From positions 5,069,319 through 5,133,318 of the forward strand of contig CM082594.2 in the NCBI GenBank assembly GCA_040954595.2: 64,000 nucleotides of DNA. Reading direction: 5' to 3'. Positions 47,560 through 59,032 of the stretch are shown here, in pieces (position 1 is the stretch's first letter; every line of letters begins with the position of its first letter). The DNA comes from Balanoglossus misakiensis. Its lineage: Eukaryota; Animalia; Hemichordata. The notes under the pieces are model-generated. The model was not told the DNA's origin, made no database searches, and saw nothing but the letters and a program-made list of their open reading frames with translations. The position numbers and the translations under genes were made by a program.

Positions 47560-50500
47560 TCATTGCTCTATTTTCCGGTATCTTCCTCTCATGGGATATC
47601 CCTGCAGTAACAGGGCTTTGATGGCATCTTCTTCAGACATGCTAATTTTTACAGTTTCAATCAGGACACGAGGGTCGGCTGTTGGGAAGATGGACGCTAG
47701 GCGCTTAACTGCAGATGCTGGAATTAGGACAGAAATTTGCATATGGTGAAAAAATGCCACAAAAGGATCCAGGCAATGGGTATTTTATCTCACGTTGGAA
47801 TGTTGAACCAGAATTGCTGATTATAAATTGTAGCTTAGAAGTGGTAGGTACATTTTTTCGAGAAATGTCAAAAACTGAGTTCAAATTGTATCATCCAGAG
47901 AAAATTGAAAGGATTGTCAGGAAATGTGGAGTTTATGCACCAATAGGCAAATATTTGTCCATGGACCACTTCGCGGATAGAATAACGTAGGGGGTTGTGG
48001 GGCAGTTTGCCTTCTAAGCGTGTGCGTTAGCCATGTACTAGACGCTATGTTGAACGCAAATTATACCATCATGCATTGCAGATACCCTATCCGCAAAGTG
48101 GTCTATGTGCGTTGTTCTTTGCTAAAATCTATTTATCGTTCTCTGCATGCAATGTGTGTGGTACAAGATGAGTGAAAATGTTAACCTACACAGCTCGACG
48201 TTGTCTTCATCCTGGCTCTGTTCTCCACTGTTCACTGCAGCTGCCTCAGAAGGAACAACACTCAGCGCAATCTTCGCATGGATGTCTTCGAGTTTCAGTT
48301 GAATATCCTGGTGGCAGACGGCAAAAAAAATTATCATGAATAATGCAATCTGTGATAAACTCACAAAAATAATCCATCACTTTGAACCTTTCTCCAGCAT
48401 CGGATACCGAAAGTTAATTGCAAATGAATCAGTGTCTCTTGTCATACCAGTAACATGAACAGTCCAACCATTGAACAAGCACACAATCTGTTTGAAGGTT
48501 TCCTTCTTTTTGGTCCAGAGTGGTCCAAATCTTGCAGTCCAGTCCAGTTGCCTAATATCAACCCTAAATTTTCCTTTAATTTGTTTGTAAAGTACTGCAA
48601 GTATTCTTCTACCTTAACAGCTTCTTCAGACAAGCGTTCTTGCTCATGGCGACCTCCACTCGGAGATGACTTCTTTTTATAGGAAAATCTCACTACTATT
48701 GCAATCACACCCAGGGCTACAATTATTGCAACAATATAGTACCTGCAATATAGTAAAAAAAAAAAAAAATCCAGCGTGGTAAACATACATTACTTCATGA
48801 TATTTAATTCTTTATCTATTTCCCGGTATTGCGAACATCAATAAATGTATTAAAAGTCACAAAATATTCAGTCATCCATTTGTATGAAATTTATTGCAAA
48901 CGAGGGAATCACATATGGCATAGTGAGGGAAAACTCACCAGTTGTTTTTGAACCATTGCTGAACCCGACCTGTCTGTTCGTCTGTCAGTAAAGCCCGCAG
49001 TTTATTCAGCGCATTTTCATTATCAACAGAGATGCACATTCCGTACTCACTGCAGTAACCTGGAATGTATAGAAGTTGTTGGACATTTATGGAAAACCTC
49101 TGACAAAGCACCCTTGTAAATACCTTTCTCGTATTGTCTTTGCAACTGGCCATGTAAATGCTGTATATTTGACCCATGGGCTTTGGAATATGGATCATGG
49201 GTATAATCACAAACATTCTAAGATGGCTTCACAAGCTCTGCTGGCTGAAGCAGTCAAAATACATACCAGTGTAATTGGCACATGCATGCCCTGCAGCTGA
49301 GAATAGAGTACTTCCACCAACACCTACAAGACCAAGGGACTCGGCAGATACACACGTTTCATTTACCTGATAAGCAAGAGAGTTTAGGTTACAACTTGAG
49401 TTAGATTCTGACATCATTCAGCAAATATTTAAAACGTTAAATATAAACAAACAATTTGAATCACATTGGAAAAGTTTGTTATAGTAGTAGCTTGCTTTAC
49501 TCTATGAAAATATATTCTACAATGATTTTATTTAACACACACATCCACAAACTGAAAATTACGGTCACATTGTATTCTTTCGCAAACAAGCATGCAATGT
49601 CCAAGTTTACAATCACAATTATTTTACCTTGCAACAAAGGTGGCAAAAAGTGCTGGGATCATGATCGCAAAGGCAGTCTTCAAGTCCAATGTCGAAGCAA
49701 GGAGTTAGCGTACATTCACCATGGTAGCATCTGCTGTCCCCATCATCACCACACACTGTGCCGTTTGGATGGAAAACAGTGTCTGGGCAGGAAGGACTCA
49801 GTCCAGTGTAAGCGTTCAGGAAATGTGACTGTTAATACAATATGACCATCAGATGGGTGAATTCTGGATAGTATTTGGCATGTTTAACTGTGTACGCATC
49901 AATAAACATTATTTATAATTAAACAAGGGATCATTTTTGCCTTGTTGGCTAAAGTGAAAAAGGATATTTGCAGTATGAGGGTGCTACACACTCTGTTCCT
50001 TCTTGGCACACGTTTTTCTTAGATTTTGATATGATGACGCATGATTCAGAACAGCATACTGACATCCTAGGGCTAGAAAACAAAAACAAAAGTCATGTAC
50101 CTAATAAGAAATGCAAACAACAGACTTGTAGCCAAATTGTCAAGTTCTGTTGTTTGTAAATGCTCAAAATATTAAAATTCACACATACTTTAAGGTTATC
50201 AATATTAACCCTCTACGCCCGAGTTTCAGGTAACACTACCATTGGTTGAAGTCATATAATTAACTGCAATTCACACAAGTACCTGCAGTTGGCTCCTTCT
50301 TTGAAAGTGCATTCTCGACTGCTTCCTCGCCCACCAAGAGGAGTGCAGCAGTTGTCTGTGAAGGGGCATTCTGCAGCTGTTCCACAGTCACAGACTTCTC
50401 CCTCCTCCACAATTCCGTTTCCACACTGCGGTCCAACATACACTGAACAATACAAAAAATATGCAACTTATTATAGGCTAAAATCTATTCAAATTAACTC

Positions 50501-53500
50501 AGTTTGTGCATTGACTGGATAGGATGAAATCGCGAGGTTATAGGTCTTGGAATCACGCTTTATTTTCCATGGATATTTGTGAAAAGCAACTGGAAAAGAA
50601 TGACCTAACATTCATTTGACAGATACTAAAAGAACTGGATAAGGTAGATATATCCAATTTCTTTATTTTATAATAGTTACATCCAGCTATATCTTTTTAT
50701 GAGCACAAGCTACATCAATGGGATCAGCTAAAAATTAACCAGTACCAACCTTGGAGACATCTGTTTCCTTTGGCATCCACCACAGACTCAATGCTCATTT
50801 TGGAACATTCTGAAAACACATGGTTGTTGTGTTGGTTACCGCCCGTCGCCATGGAGTACATCAAATAGTTTCCCTTGTCACCACCGGGGGAGCACTTGCG
50901 TGATATCGGATCATGCTACGAGGGGAAGAGTTGGTGAAGAATTATTAGTTGTTCTTCCGTGTTCATACTGAATGCAATAATTACACAAGATACTGAGAGT
51001 GCAAGTGATCTGGGTATTTCCTTTTACAAACTCAATTATGGCATTTCTGGTGTTATTTCTGTTGCTTGTCTGCAACAATGTATCTCTCATGAACATGTCT
51101 GAACATTATTCTGTTTTATTAAATACTTTTGCAAGCACCAACCCAAAAAATACCCATTTATGAATCTTGGTCATCTTTTTATACATCCCACCGACCAATT
51201 CCATTTACTACAAAGCCATCAACTTACTGGAGCACCGAAGCTATGTCCAAGTTCATGTGTCAATGTGACTGCCGATATCCTCATCGGAAGTCTTTTACCG
51301 AAATTCTGCAGCGTTATCACAGCTGTGTTCAAATTGCGATCTTTGTTATCAGCTCTCACCTTCACTCTGTACTGACATATACCTGAAACATCGGGAAAAT
51401 AAAATAAATCGCTAAAAAATTATCACTACTTCAAATTTTGAAGTGATGAAATATATTTTTTTGCCGACTAATGAATTACTGCCTCCTTAACCCTTAAATT
51501 AACCCTCGTTACCTCCTGCTGGTCCATGCCATGTGGAATAGCCAATCCATGCGAGTCCAAGAACGCCATTTCGGAAGTCACGGAATGTGAACAGAACTCC
51601 TAGACAGTATCTATTAAAATTGTACTCTGAAAACTGATTCAGAACATCTTCTATTCCATCTCTGGTGTTTGGCATGGTGTAGTAGGGGCTCTTTGCATGT
51701 TCAAACACAGTGGCCCCAGCAACAGAGAATCCAATGTTGTCGGCTGAAACAGATAACAGAAAAAAATGTAAAACTCGTGCACAGATTTTCAGAAAAAAAA
51801 AGAAATCTTTTGAATGTTTTCGTTCTTCAGAAATCCAAACTTGAGAACAAACCTGAAATCATAATGAACTTCTTTTAATCATTACAATGAAGTTTTAGGT
51901 ATTTGGTTACTATATGATATGTAAGAAACCCTTATCTGTGAAAAAAGTCGTCCATGTTTCTCAAACTCATCAACATCATTAAATATGATTATTTCCGCTG
52001 CAAGGTGTAAGAAAATTCCCAGACATCGTCCTCACCAACACCGTCTTGGTCGAAGTCAGCAGCTCTGAAGATGTCATCAGCTTCTTGAATGTGATACAAC
52101 ATTTCTTTCAGGGCCTTGCTGGAACTGCTACCCGCTACGTCTTTATAAAAGGTGTGATCTGCCACAAGATAAAGAGGACAGGTCCTCATGACGTTTTTCC
52201 CTGCCGCTCTTCGGGTTCTGGAAAATCTTGCGCCATTGTAGAGTGGCGTTTCTGCATGAAAGGCTGGAGTTCCATTGTTTGTCTTGTGGTTATAAAGTCT
52301 CTGAGCTGGAGCCTTGGCTTTTAAGTCTGTATTTGGAATTTCATCATATCCGTCGAATATGTTTCCGTAGTCAGCACGGTTGGAAGGATACTGTTCAAAA
52401 TGGCCGCCGTGTACAATTGGTCGTGTGTCCATCTGCATTTTATGGAGTTTTTTTCTCACTCCATCCTGGAGGCCGCAGGGTTCCTTCATTTCTGCATCGC
52501 TGAACTTCACATCTCTAGCTTTGTATATCACAGAATGAAAGCCAGGGGTGTCGTTGAGATATCGGTCTGCCGGTTCTGTATGGTAGATTTCTGTGTCGGT
52601 TTTGATCACACCTTCGAATATACCATCTGTTAGGTGGCCATGAACAGTAGATGTTGGCTCATCTGAAAAAAAAGCGAAAGAAAGATCTCTTCAAACTGCA
52701 AGATATTACCATGATTTGTGTGTCATAGATATGCTTCAATTTAACCATTACTACTGAGTTACCACAAACATACAAATACTCACACAACTAATTTCATGTT
52801 TTAAATAGTTTTCTATACCTGTGATAACTGCAATTTGGTTTATAAACATTGGATATATACAAGAACTTTTTATCTACTTGCCTTCCAAGATTCCTTTATA
52901 CACATCTGTAGTTTCAGGTTTGATCAAATTTGTAACAATGTTTTTCTCTCCAACCACAGATAAGGATGCTCCCTGTGCAAACAGTCTTGTATTTCTTGAC
53001 AGACTAAGTTTAAAATTCCTGAAACAAAAAAGAAATGAGTCTCATTTTTGGAATGAAACAATTTTCGATATTAAACCATGATCTTTCAATTGTAATTTCA
53101 TATGTGATGGCGTAGAACTTTCTAGGTATTATAATCATATTGCAATGAATGCAGACAAATTCAAAGTCAAATTCCTACCTTTTGAATGCCTTAAAGTTCA
53201 CTTTCAAGACAAATACACCATCATCGCCATCTCTTTTCTGTCTCTCACAACCTTGCCCAGGACTCTGCAACCTTTCATAGTTCAGAGGCTCATAGTATTT
53301 TACATAGGGATGAATTGGCACCAGTTTCTCTGCCAGATAGATCAAGTTCAGTTTAGATATCAGGCTTACACGTTTCATTGTTTGGTACGGGTTGTTTAAT
53401 TGTACAATGTATAAACTAAGGCATTGGTGTACACGTACATTACATTCGCAAAAAAGACATCTAATATCACAAATCAGCAACGGGCATGCAATGCAATGCC

Positions 53501-53721
53501 AACTGTGCTCCTGAGACTTGAAGCAGTGACTTGAGAATTGATAAGCCCACTTTCATTGCATCGATCTCCACTTGTTACTCTTTCAGTCTTTTGCGATGGA
53601 AAACGTTGTGCGAAGGATCTGAAGTAAACGTCTACTCACCCTTGGTGGGAGAAAATCCACCAGTGCTGATCGGCCAATATATCAAGAAGAAGAAAGATAG
53701 TGTAACCAGCCGGTAAATCAT
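47560..53721 (-). CDS. ADAM10/ADAM17-family disintegrin metalloprotease (ADAM10-like), about 872 aa, with CUE-like cytoplasmic tail
   Basis: Exons 53721-53640, 53329-53179, 53018-52882 (GC donor), 52662-52036, 51743-51513, 51382-51228, 50915-50750, 50442-50283, 50072-49968 (AT-AC intron follows), 49805-49628, 49366-49267, 49059-48939, 48742-48613, 48307-48190, 47717-47560 (2619 nt). Signal peptide, prodomain, furin site RTRR, TCPLYLVADHTFY, RDFRNGVLGLAW, zinc motif HELGHSFGAPHD, Met-turn GNYLMY, disintegrin CGNGIVEEGEVCDCG, Cys-rich region, TM YYIVAIIVALGVIAIVV. Tail exons are less certain. Confidence 0.9.
47961..48106. mobile_element. MITE-like element with 20-bp terminal inverted repeats in the last ADAM intron
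   Basis: ATGGACCACTTCGCGGATAG (47961-47980) versus reverse complement of CTATCCGCAAAGTGGTCTAT (48087-48106): 18/20 identical. Confidence 0.7.
49806..49967 (-). other. U12-type (minor spliceosome) AT-AC intron, 162 nt
   Basis: 5' end ATATCCTTT, branch-like TTTCCTGAAC 8 nt before the 3' end, terminal AC; splicing joins ...SYC-AA|T-GGA... = CNGLSPSCP, the expected disintegrin sequence. Confidence 0.9.
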
Positions 53722-53904
53722 CTTACAGAGTTACAGTCGAAGATAGCAATCGTCGATCGTAGATCATGCACAGCAACCGGCAATGCATATGGCCATTTGG
53801 GTAGGAACGGGAAAAAACGAGACAGCTGAACGATTTCTCTGTAATTTGAGATCTTTTCACCAAAGCAGCGGCACAGAGACAGTCGTCAATTACCAAGGAA
53901 ACTT

Positions 53905-54040
53905 CAAACAACTTCCTGTCCGATGGTTTTTTATGCGCATGCTCATGCCCCACAATTCATCGCGCGAAATCGCGCGGAGCCGGCCGGTGAACTTGCGCAC
54001 TTCTTTAACATGCCCATATTTGGATAAACAAACAGGAAGA
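53905..54040. promoter_or_regulatory. ADAM-like gene promoter: NRF1-like, ZNF143-like and ETS motifs in a CpG cluster
   Basis: ACTTCCTG (53911), TGCGCATGCTCA (53934-53945), GCCCCACAATTCATCGCG (53947-53964), ACAGGAAG (54032); about 200-300 bp upstream of the ATG at 53721. Confidence 0.55.
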
Positions 54041-56681
54041 ACTGTACACCTGGGTGAGATATGTTCTCAACATCTGTCTCATCAAGTTTGTCCAAAAACG
54101 AAAGAAACGTATACTTTCCCAAAAGGCCAGAAGACGACTAGCGCCCTCTTGCGACAATGGTAATTCTGCAGCTCAGACAGACAGACAGATTTCAGCCTGC
54201 AACTATGACATCACACGCACTCAATTGTAATCACTGGCCTCAAAAACTAACAAACACAGAACACACACAAATGGAATTGAAAACATATAGCATTAGTTTT
54301 TATTAAACAAAAACTAAATAAATACAGGACACAGATCATCACTTTCACATAACAAACTGTGCCTTCAAAAATGTTTTGATTTGGTACAGCAGTTTTTACA
54401 AGCAGAACAGTGGAATAAAACTTACATTTCATGGTTCTCCATTACACATAAAATATCTCAATGAAAAAAGGGTTTCCCTCAGTAGGGAATAAATGTCATT
54501 GTGAGTAAGAGCGTCAATTGAGTGTAATCCAGGCCATCCCTTTGTTTATAGATGCAAAGTCAACCCATTTTGTTATTTGCATCAACTTACTGGCATATCT
54601 TAAATTTCATTTCTGCTCCACATTTTTCATTAAAAGAACATCACTTAGGTGAATACAGACAGTCATTACAAGATGTGAAAATACAATGGGGAAATTTTTT
54701 TTAACATGGATCGAGTGAAAGCAAGAAGCCACTGAGATGATTAAAAAACCCTGAAATACAGTAAAGAAATTGCTGATTACAAAGTAATTTTTGACATCGT
54801 TTCCTGACAATTAGACGTGAGTGCATGAAACTTCAATTTAATAATAACAGAAGTTTACAATTTGTTTTTTTGAAAACATCCAAAAATATGTGCTGAAGAC
54901 ACAAACGTTTTGATGTTTTAGAAATTATGGCTGAGCGTTTAACTACTCAAGGACCAGCACGGAACTGGAAAACTTTAGTAGAAAAGATGTAAGATATGTG
55001 CATCATTAGAAACAGAATTTTACCTTCACTGAAAAAACTATCACAAAGAAGTACTGTCATGAAAATACCACAATGCTCATTTTCTGATATACAAAGAAAT
55101 CAACATTTCACAGAAGTACACTAAATTTATTCCTTACAACGTTACCATGACTACGAACAAAACTTGGAACAGCTACAGATAATAACAGGCGCCATAGATT
55201 TTTCACCAGTCCAAAATTTTCTCTGCACATATATTTAGCGGTACAGTTGGAGAACTCTGCACCCACCCATCCAAGCAGCAAACTCCAAATTCACATGAAC
55301 AGAAGTACAAAATGCTCCCTATCTCAATGACAATTCATAATATGACTGGTGCAAAATCATGACCCCCTAAATTACTGCTAATTCATCAAGCTTCTTCCCT
55401 TACAGTGAAATGAGAAGTAAGCTACGATTATAGACATTTATTGTACGAAAATACTTTCTAGTTTGAAATGTCATTTATCTAATATCAATGCTCTGAATAG
55501 AAATGGTGTACATAACTTTTGAGCATCTTTATTTACAGTCCAAGTCTCAAATCTGACAAGGGGTATCTTTATAAATGTTCATTTATTTGTCTAAATGTTC
55601 ATTTAGGTAAACTAAGAGCACACTTTGATGTTTCACTCCCAAGTACCCTGACAAGTCAACAATCCAAAACTAGAAATTATAGAAAGAAATCATGGGAGTG
55701 GGCGATGGTAATCGGTGCTATAATCGTTGCAACTGACACATTTTAAGTTAAAACAACAACTTTCAAGCAATTGACAAATTGAATGTAACTTTACACTTGT
55801 ACAAAAAAAACAAAAAATATGCCCTCCTGGGCACTCAGGGGCAGGTATTTTTGAAAGCTTCAGACCCAAGCACTGGAAAAGACAAACCAGAGACACTATG
55901 TTGGCTGTATTCCTCTGCAAGTGATCTTCCCACACGACCTTTCGACGCCAAAAGTTTAATGGAAAGAGTGGAAGTAAAAATCCATCATTTTTAATCTTAT
56001 TTGCACATGTATTCAGCCCGAAATCTGAAAGCATGTTTATGACATTTTAATTGACAAATGGCCTCTTATTCAAATCATCGCACCAATTAAAATAAATTAC
56101 AGCAAACCTGTACGGACTTGCCCACTGTAACATATTACGTTACAGAAATTAATGTATTTGCCAAAATTTCTCTTTCGTTAATGAATTACATGTACCAGCA
56201 ATAGTACTGTATGCTTTGATGTAAGACAGAGACTGAAAATATATTTTTAGTTCTTTCCAAATGACATTTTTATGGTTGGCTTTGATATTCTCAGTATCAT
56301 CTTTTAAATATGATCATCGGAGACAGACAGATTATGGAAATTATTTTAAAGAGTTTTAAACAAACAGATGTCATAACAAGATTTGAATTTAAACATGTAG
56401 AATTTATTAAATCTTTAAATTGTACATAGATAGCAAGCAGAGACTCACATTTATCGAAAATTGCTTAGGCAGAGGTGACTGAACACTACCACCAACGTAC
56501 AGGAAGAAACCACTCGTTATTACGCAGGTCAAAGGTCACAGACTGAAGACTCCACACAGGTCAGAGGTCATGAATCACCCGGGTCATAGACAGTTTTCCG
56601 TAGCTTGGAGCTGAAGCTTTGAGGAAAATAACACGGTATAAAAAATAAAGGGGCTCGACAACTGACTGAACTATCTACCCC

Positions 56682-59032
56682 TTAGATGTTACCTGATGGA
56701 GGCCTTTTCTCTGTGAAAAAGCTCCTTAAAATAATGATCTGTCCTAGGGATACTACGAGAATAACAACTGCCTGTCCTATCGACCAATATTGAACGCGTT
56801 CGTTCATGTGTTCCGCTCGGATGCGACCCTGTGCTTCGCGTAGTCTGAAATGAGTTTGGTAATCGGTGACGACCTTCAGGGACTCGTGGATTGTCACACA
56901 TGACGTCTCCATCTGGAAGAAGGATGGGTAGAAAAAGTTACGTTAGTATAATTGACAGTTCCCTGGATAATCTGTAATGTGTTGTTGAGCTTAAGATTTC
57001 CATAGCAGGCTGTCTCAATAGAATATCTGAGAACAGAACCCCATGCTTTGAAGTTACAGTACTGCTTGTGTGAATGGATTTTAGCCTGAGGTAGCTCTGT
57101 GTGACCATCACCAATTCCACATCACACTGAAAATTCAAACATGCGACCTGTTAATCATTACCCTGGGAAAATTTCTATCGCGACGGCACGTAAATAACCA
57201 CATTAGCATAAATACAGTATGGTTTTCCACAAACATTTATTGATTTCTGATAATTGACTTGTCCATATGTACATGTATGCGTACACAGTGGAAGTGAATT
57301 CATCTATCAATCAATCCACCCACGTGTACATGTAACTGTGCAACGCTGGCGTCCGCTAGGTGATTGATTTTACCTCATGCTGGCAGTAACAACAAGCCAA
57401 CCCACATTTGCAACAGTACATTTTACTGTAGATATATCTCACTGAGTTATATTAATTTATAGTAGATATACTTCATTCAAACAGTACACCCGTACTCATG
57501 AAGCTTAGCTATAAACGTTCATTTGGAGAGCTGGTATTATTGACTTCACATATCAATCAACAATTTGTTTTAGCAAAGCTTGTTCGAAATAGAAATCAGA
57601 AAACGGTACCTAACATGTACAAGCAGATGTTGAAATTTGCCTACTTTTGATGTTACTGATTTCAACCAGATTTTAAAACGTGTTCATCTCGGCCGCTACC
57701 ATATGGTCAATTAGAGCTTTTGTCGAGATGTTTTCACATATAAGTAACTTGTCTGTATAAAAACTCTGGCAATATTGCTGTTTCACTGATATTCCAAGGT
57801 CAATCCCTATATAGGGATATTCCTGCTGTTTCCCTATTTTTTATAGTGTGACTTGGGTGTATGAAGTGTATTTGCACTAGCAATAAAAGTGATGTTGATC
57901 ATTAGAGCACTTCTCTCGTCCTGTTAGCTAGCAGGATCACATTTCTGTGAATACAACCGACACTCGTCTAGATAATATTCCTGTGAGTAAGGTGAGGGTA
58001 GTGCTCCAATAACCAACACTGAATGATGGAGTTGAATATTGTAATTATTCAATATATCTTACCGATGTCATAGCAGTTGCCTGTTCGCCCATCTCGTTGA
58101 AGAGTGGTGGGTCATCGCCGACCATTAAATCAAAATACACAGTCTTATGTGCAAATGTAGAAAATTCATTGCTAAAACAAAATTTATACACTCCGTTCAC
58201 ACTGGCAGTCCACGTGACGCTGTCATACTGTTTCTTGGTCTGTTTATATACAACTTCCCCATACGGCGATTCGACTTGCACGTCTACATCGTACCTCCCA
58301 CCAGTAACCACCTGCAAGAAAACAGAGAAAGGGGATTTCAGGTTTTCTTTAAGTATGAGACAAATTAATACAACATCAAAATTTAAATAGTTTTGTAGTG
58401 TAACATGAAACGCCAATAATTTTAAGGGAATATAAATATTACATGTCACATTTTTTACATGTTCTGCTATAGCCCAGGGCTGTGAAACTAACATCAAACC
58501 TGCACCAGATGCAATGCAGTTCCTGGCTCAGTCAATAGAAAGCAATTACATCCGGTAGTACAGAAGAGAAATCAGTTGGTGTGTATGTTTGATTTAGAAC
58601 CACGGTAACTTCTTTTGGTAATACCACTGGCTGAATCTAACTAGGATCAACCTCAGGTTCATGCGAGGTCATAACAACAAGGCGCCAGTGGAGGGGCTGA
58701 GGGGTCACCCCACACCAGCTGGCCAGCTGGGGTCGTACGGAGAATGTCCTCTTAGTAAACAAAAGATAGTGCGAGCGCATCCCGCAATCACGACTGCGTG
58801 AAACATGTGAGTCTGATTTGAATGGCGATGATTTCAATCAGATCCGGAACCATCTGTGATGTCGTGCAACATTACATACCTGATATTCGAGCGTCGCTCT
58901 TACATCTTTGTCAACTTCTTCGTAGAAACATTGTTTTGCATTATCAGGCAACTCGAACGTCAGCTCCACGGCATGTGATAGTACACAGATCAGAAACACT
59001 GTCAACAGCCACAATAACCAATTCCTCACCAT
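56682..59032 (-). CDS. TMED7: Transmembrane emp24 domain-containing protein 7 (p24 gamma family), 210 aa
   Basis: Exons 59032-58880, 58311-58063, 56912-56682. Signal peptide, [66 protein letters not shown] segment and LRSFFTEK tail. Long 3'UTR to AATAAA near 54299. TMED7 versus TMED3 not tested by phylogeny. Confidence 0.93.
57901..58010. mobile_element. Old MITE-like inverted-repeat element in TMED7 intron 2
   Basis: ATTAGAGCACTTCTCTC... versus reverse complement of ...GAGGGTAGTGCTCCAAT (imperfect inverted repeat of about 20 bp). Confidence 0.4.

Noticed and set aside
48442-48612. Read-through extension of the ADAM TM exon, and a possible extra exon starting near 48551
   Set aside because: A phase-0 donor AAG|GTAGAA at 48613 joins cleanly to the 48307 exon; the extension and the extra exon lack support, though RNA data could revive them.
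57803-57818. Perfect 16-bp palindrome ATCCCTATATAGGGAT containing a CArG box
   Set aside because: Single intronic occurrence with no supporting context.
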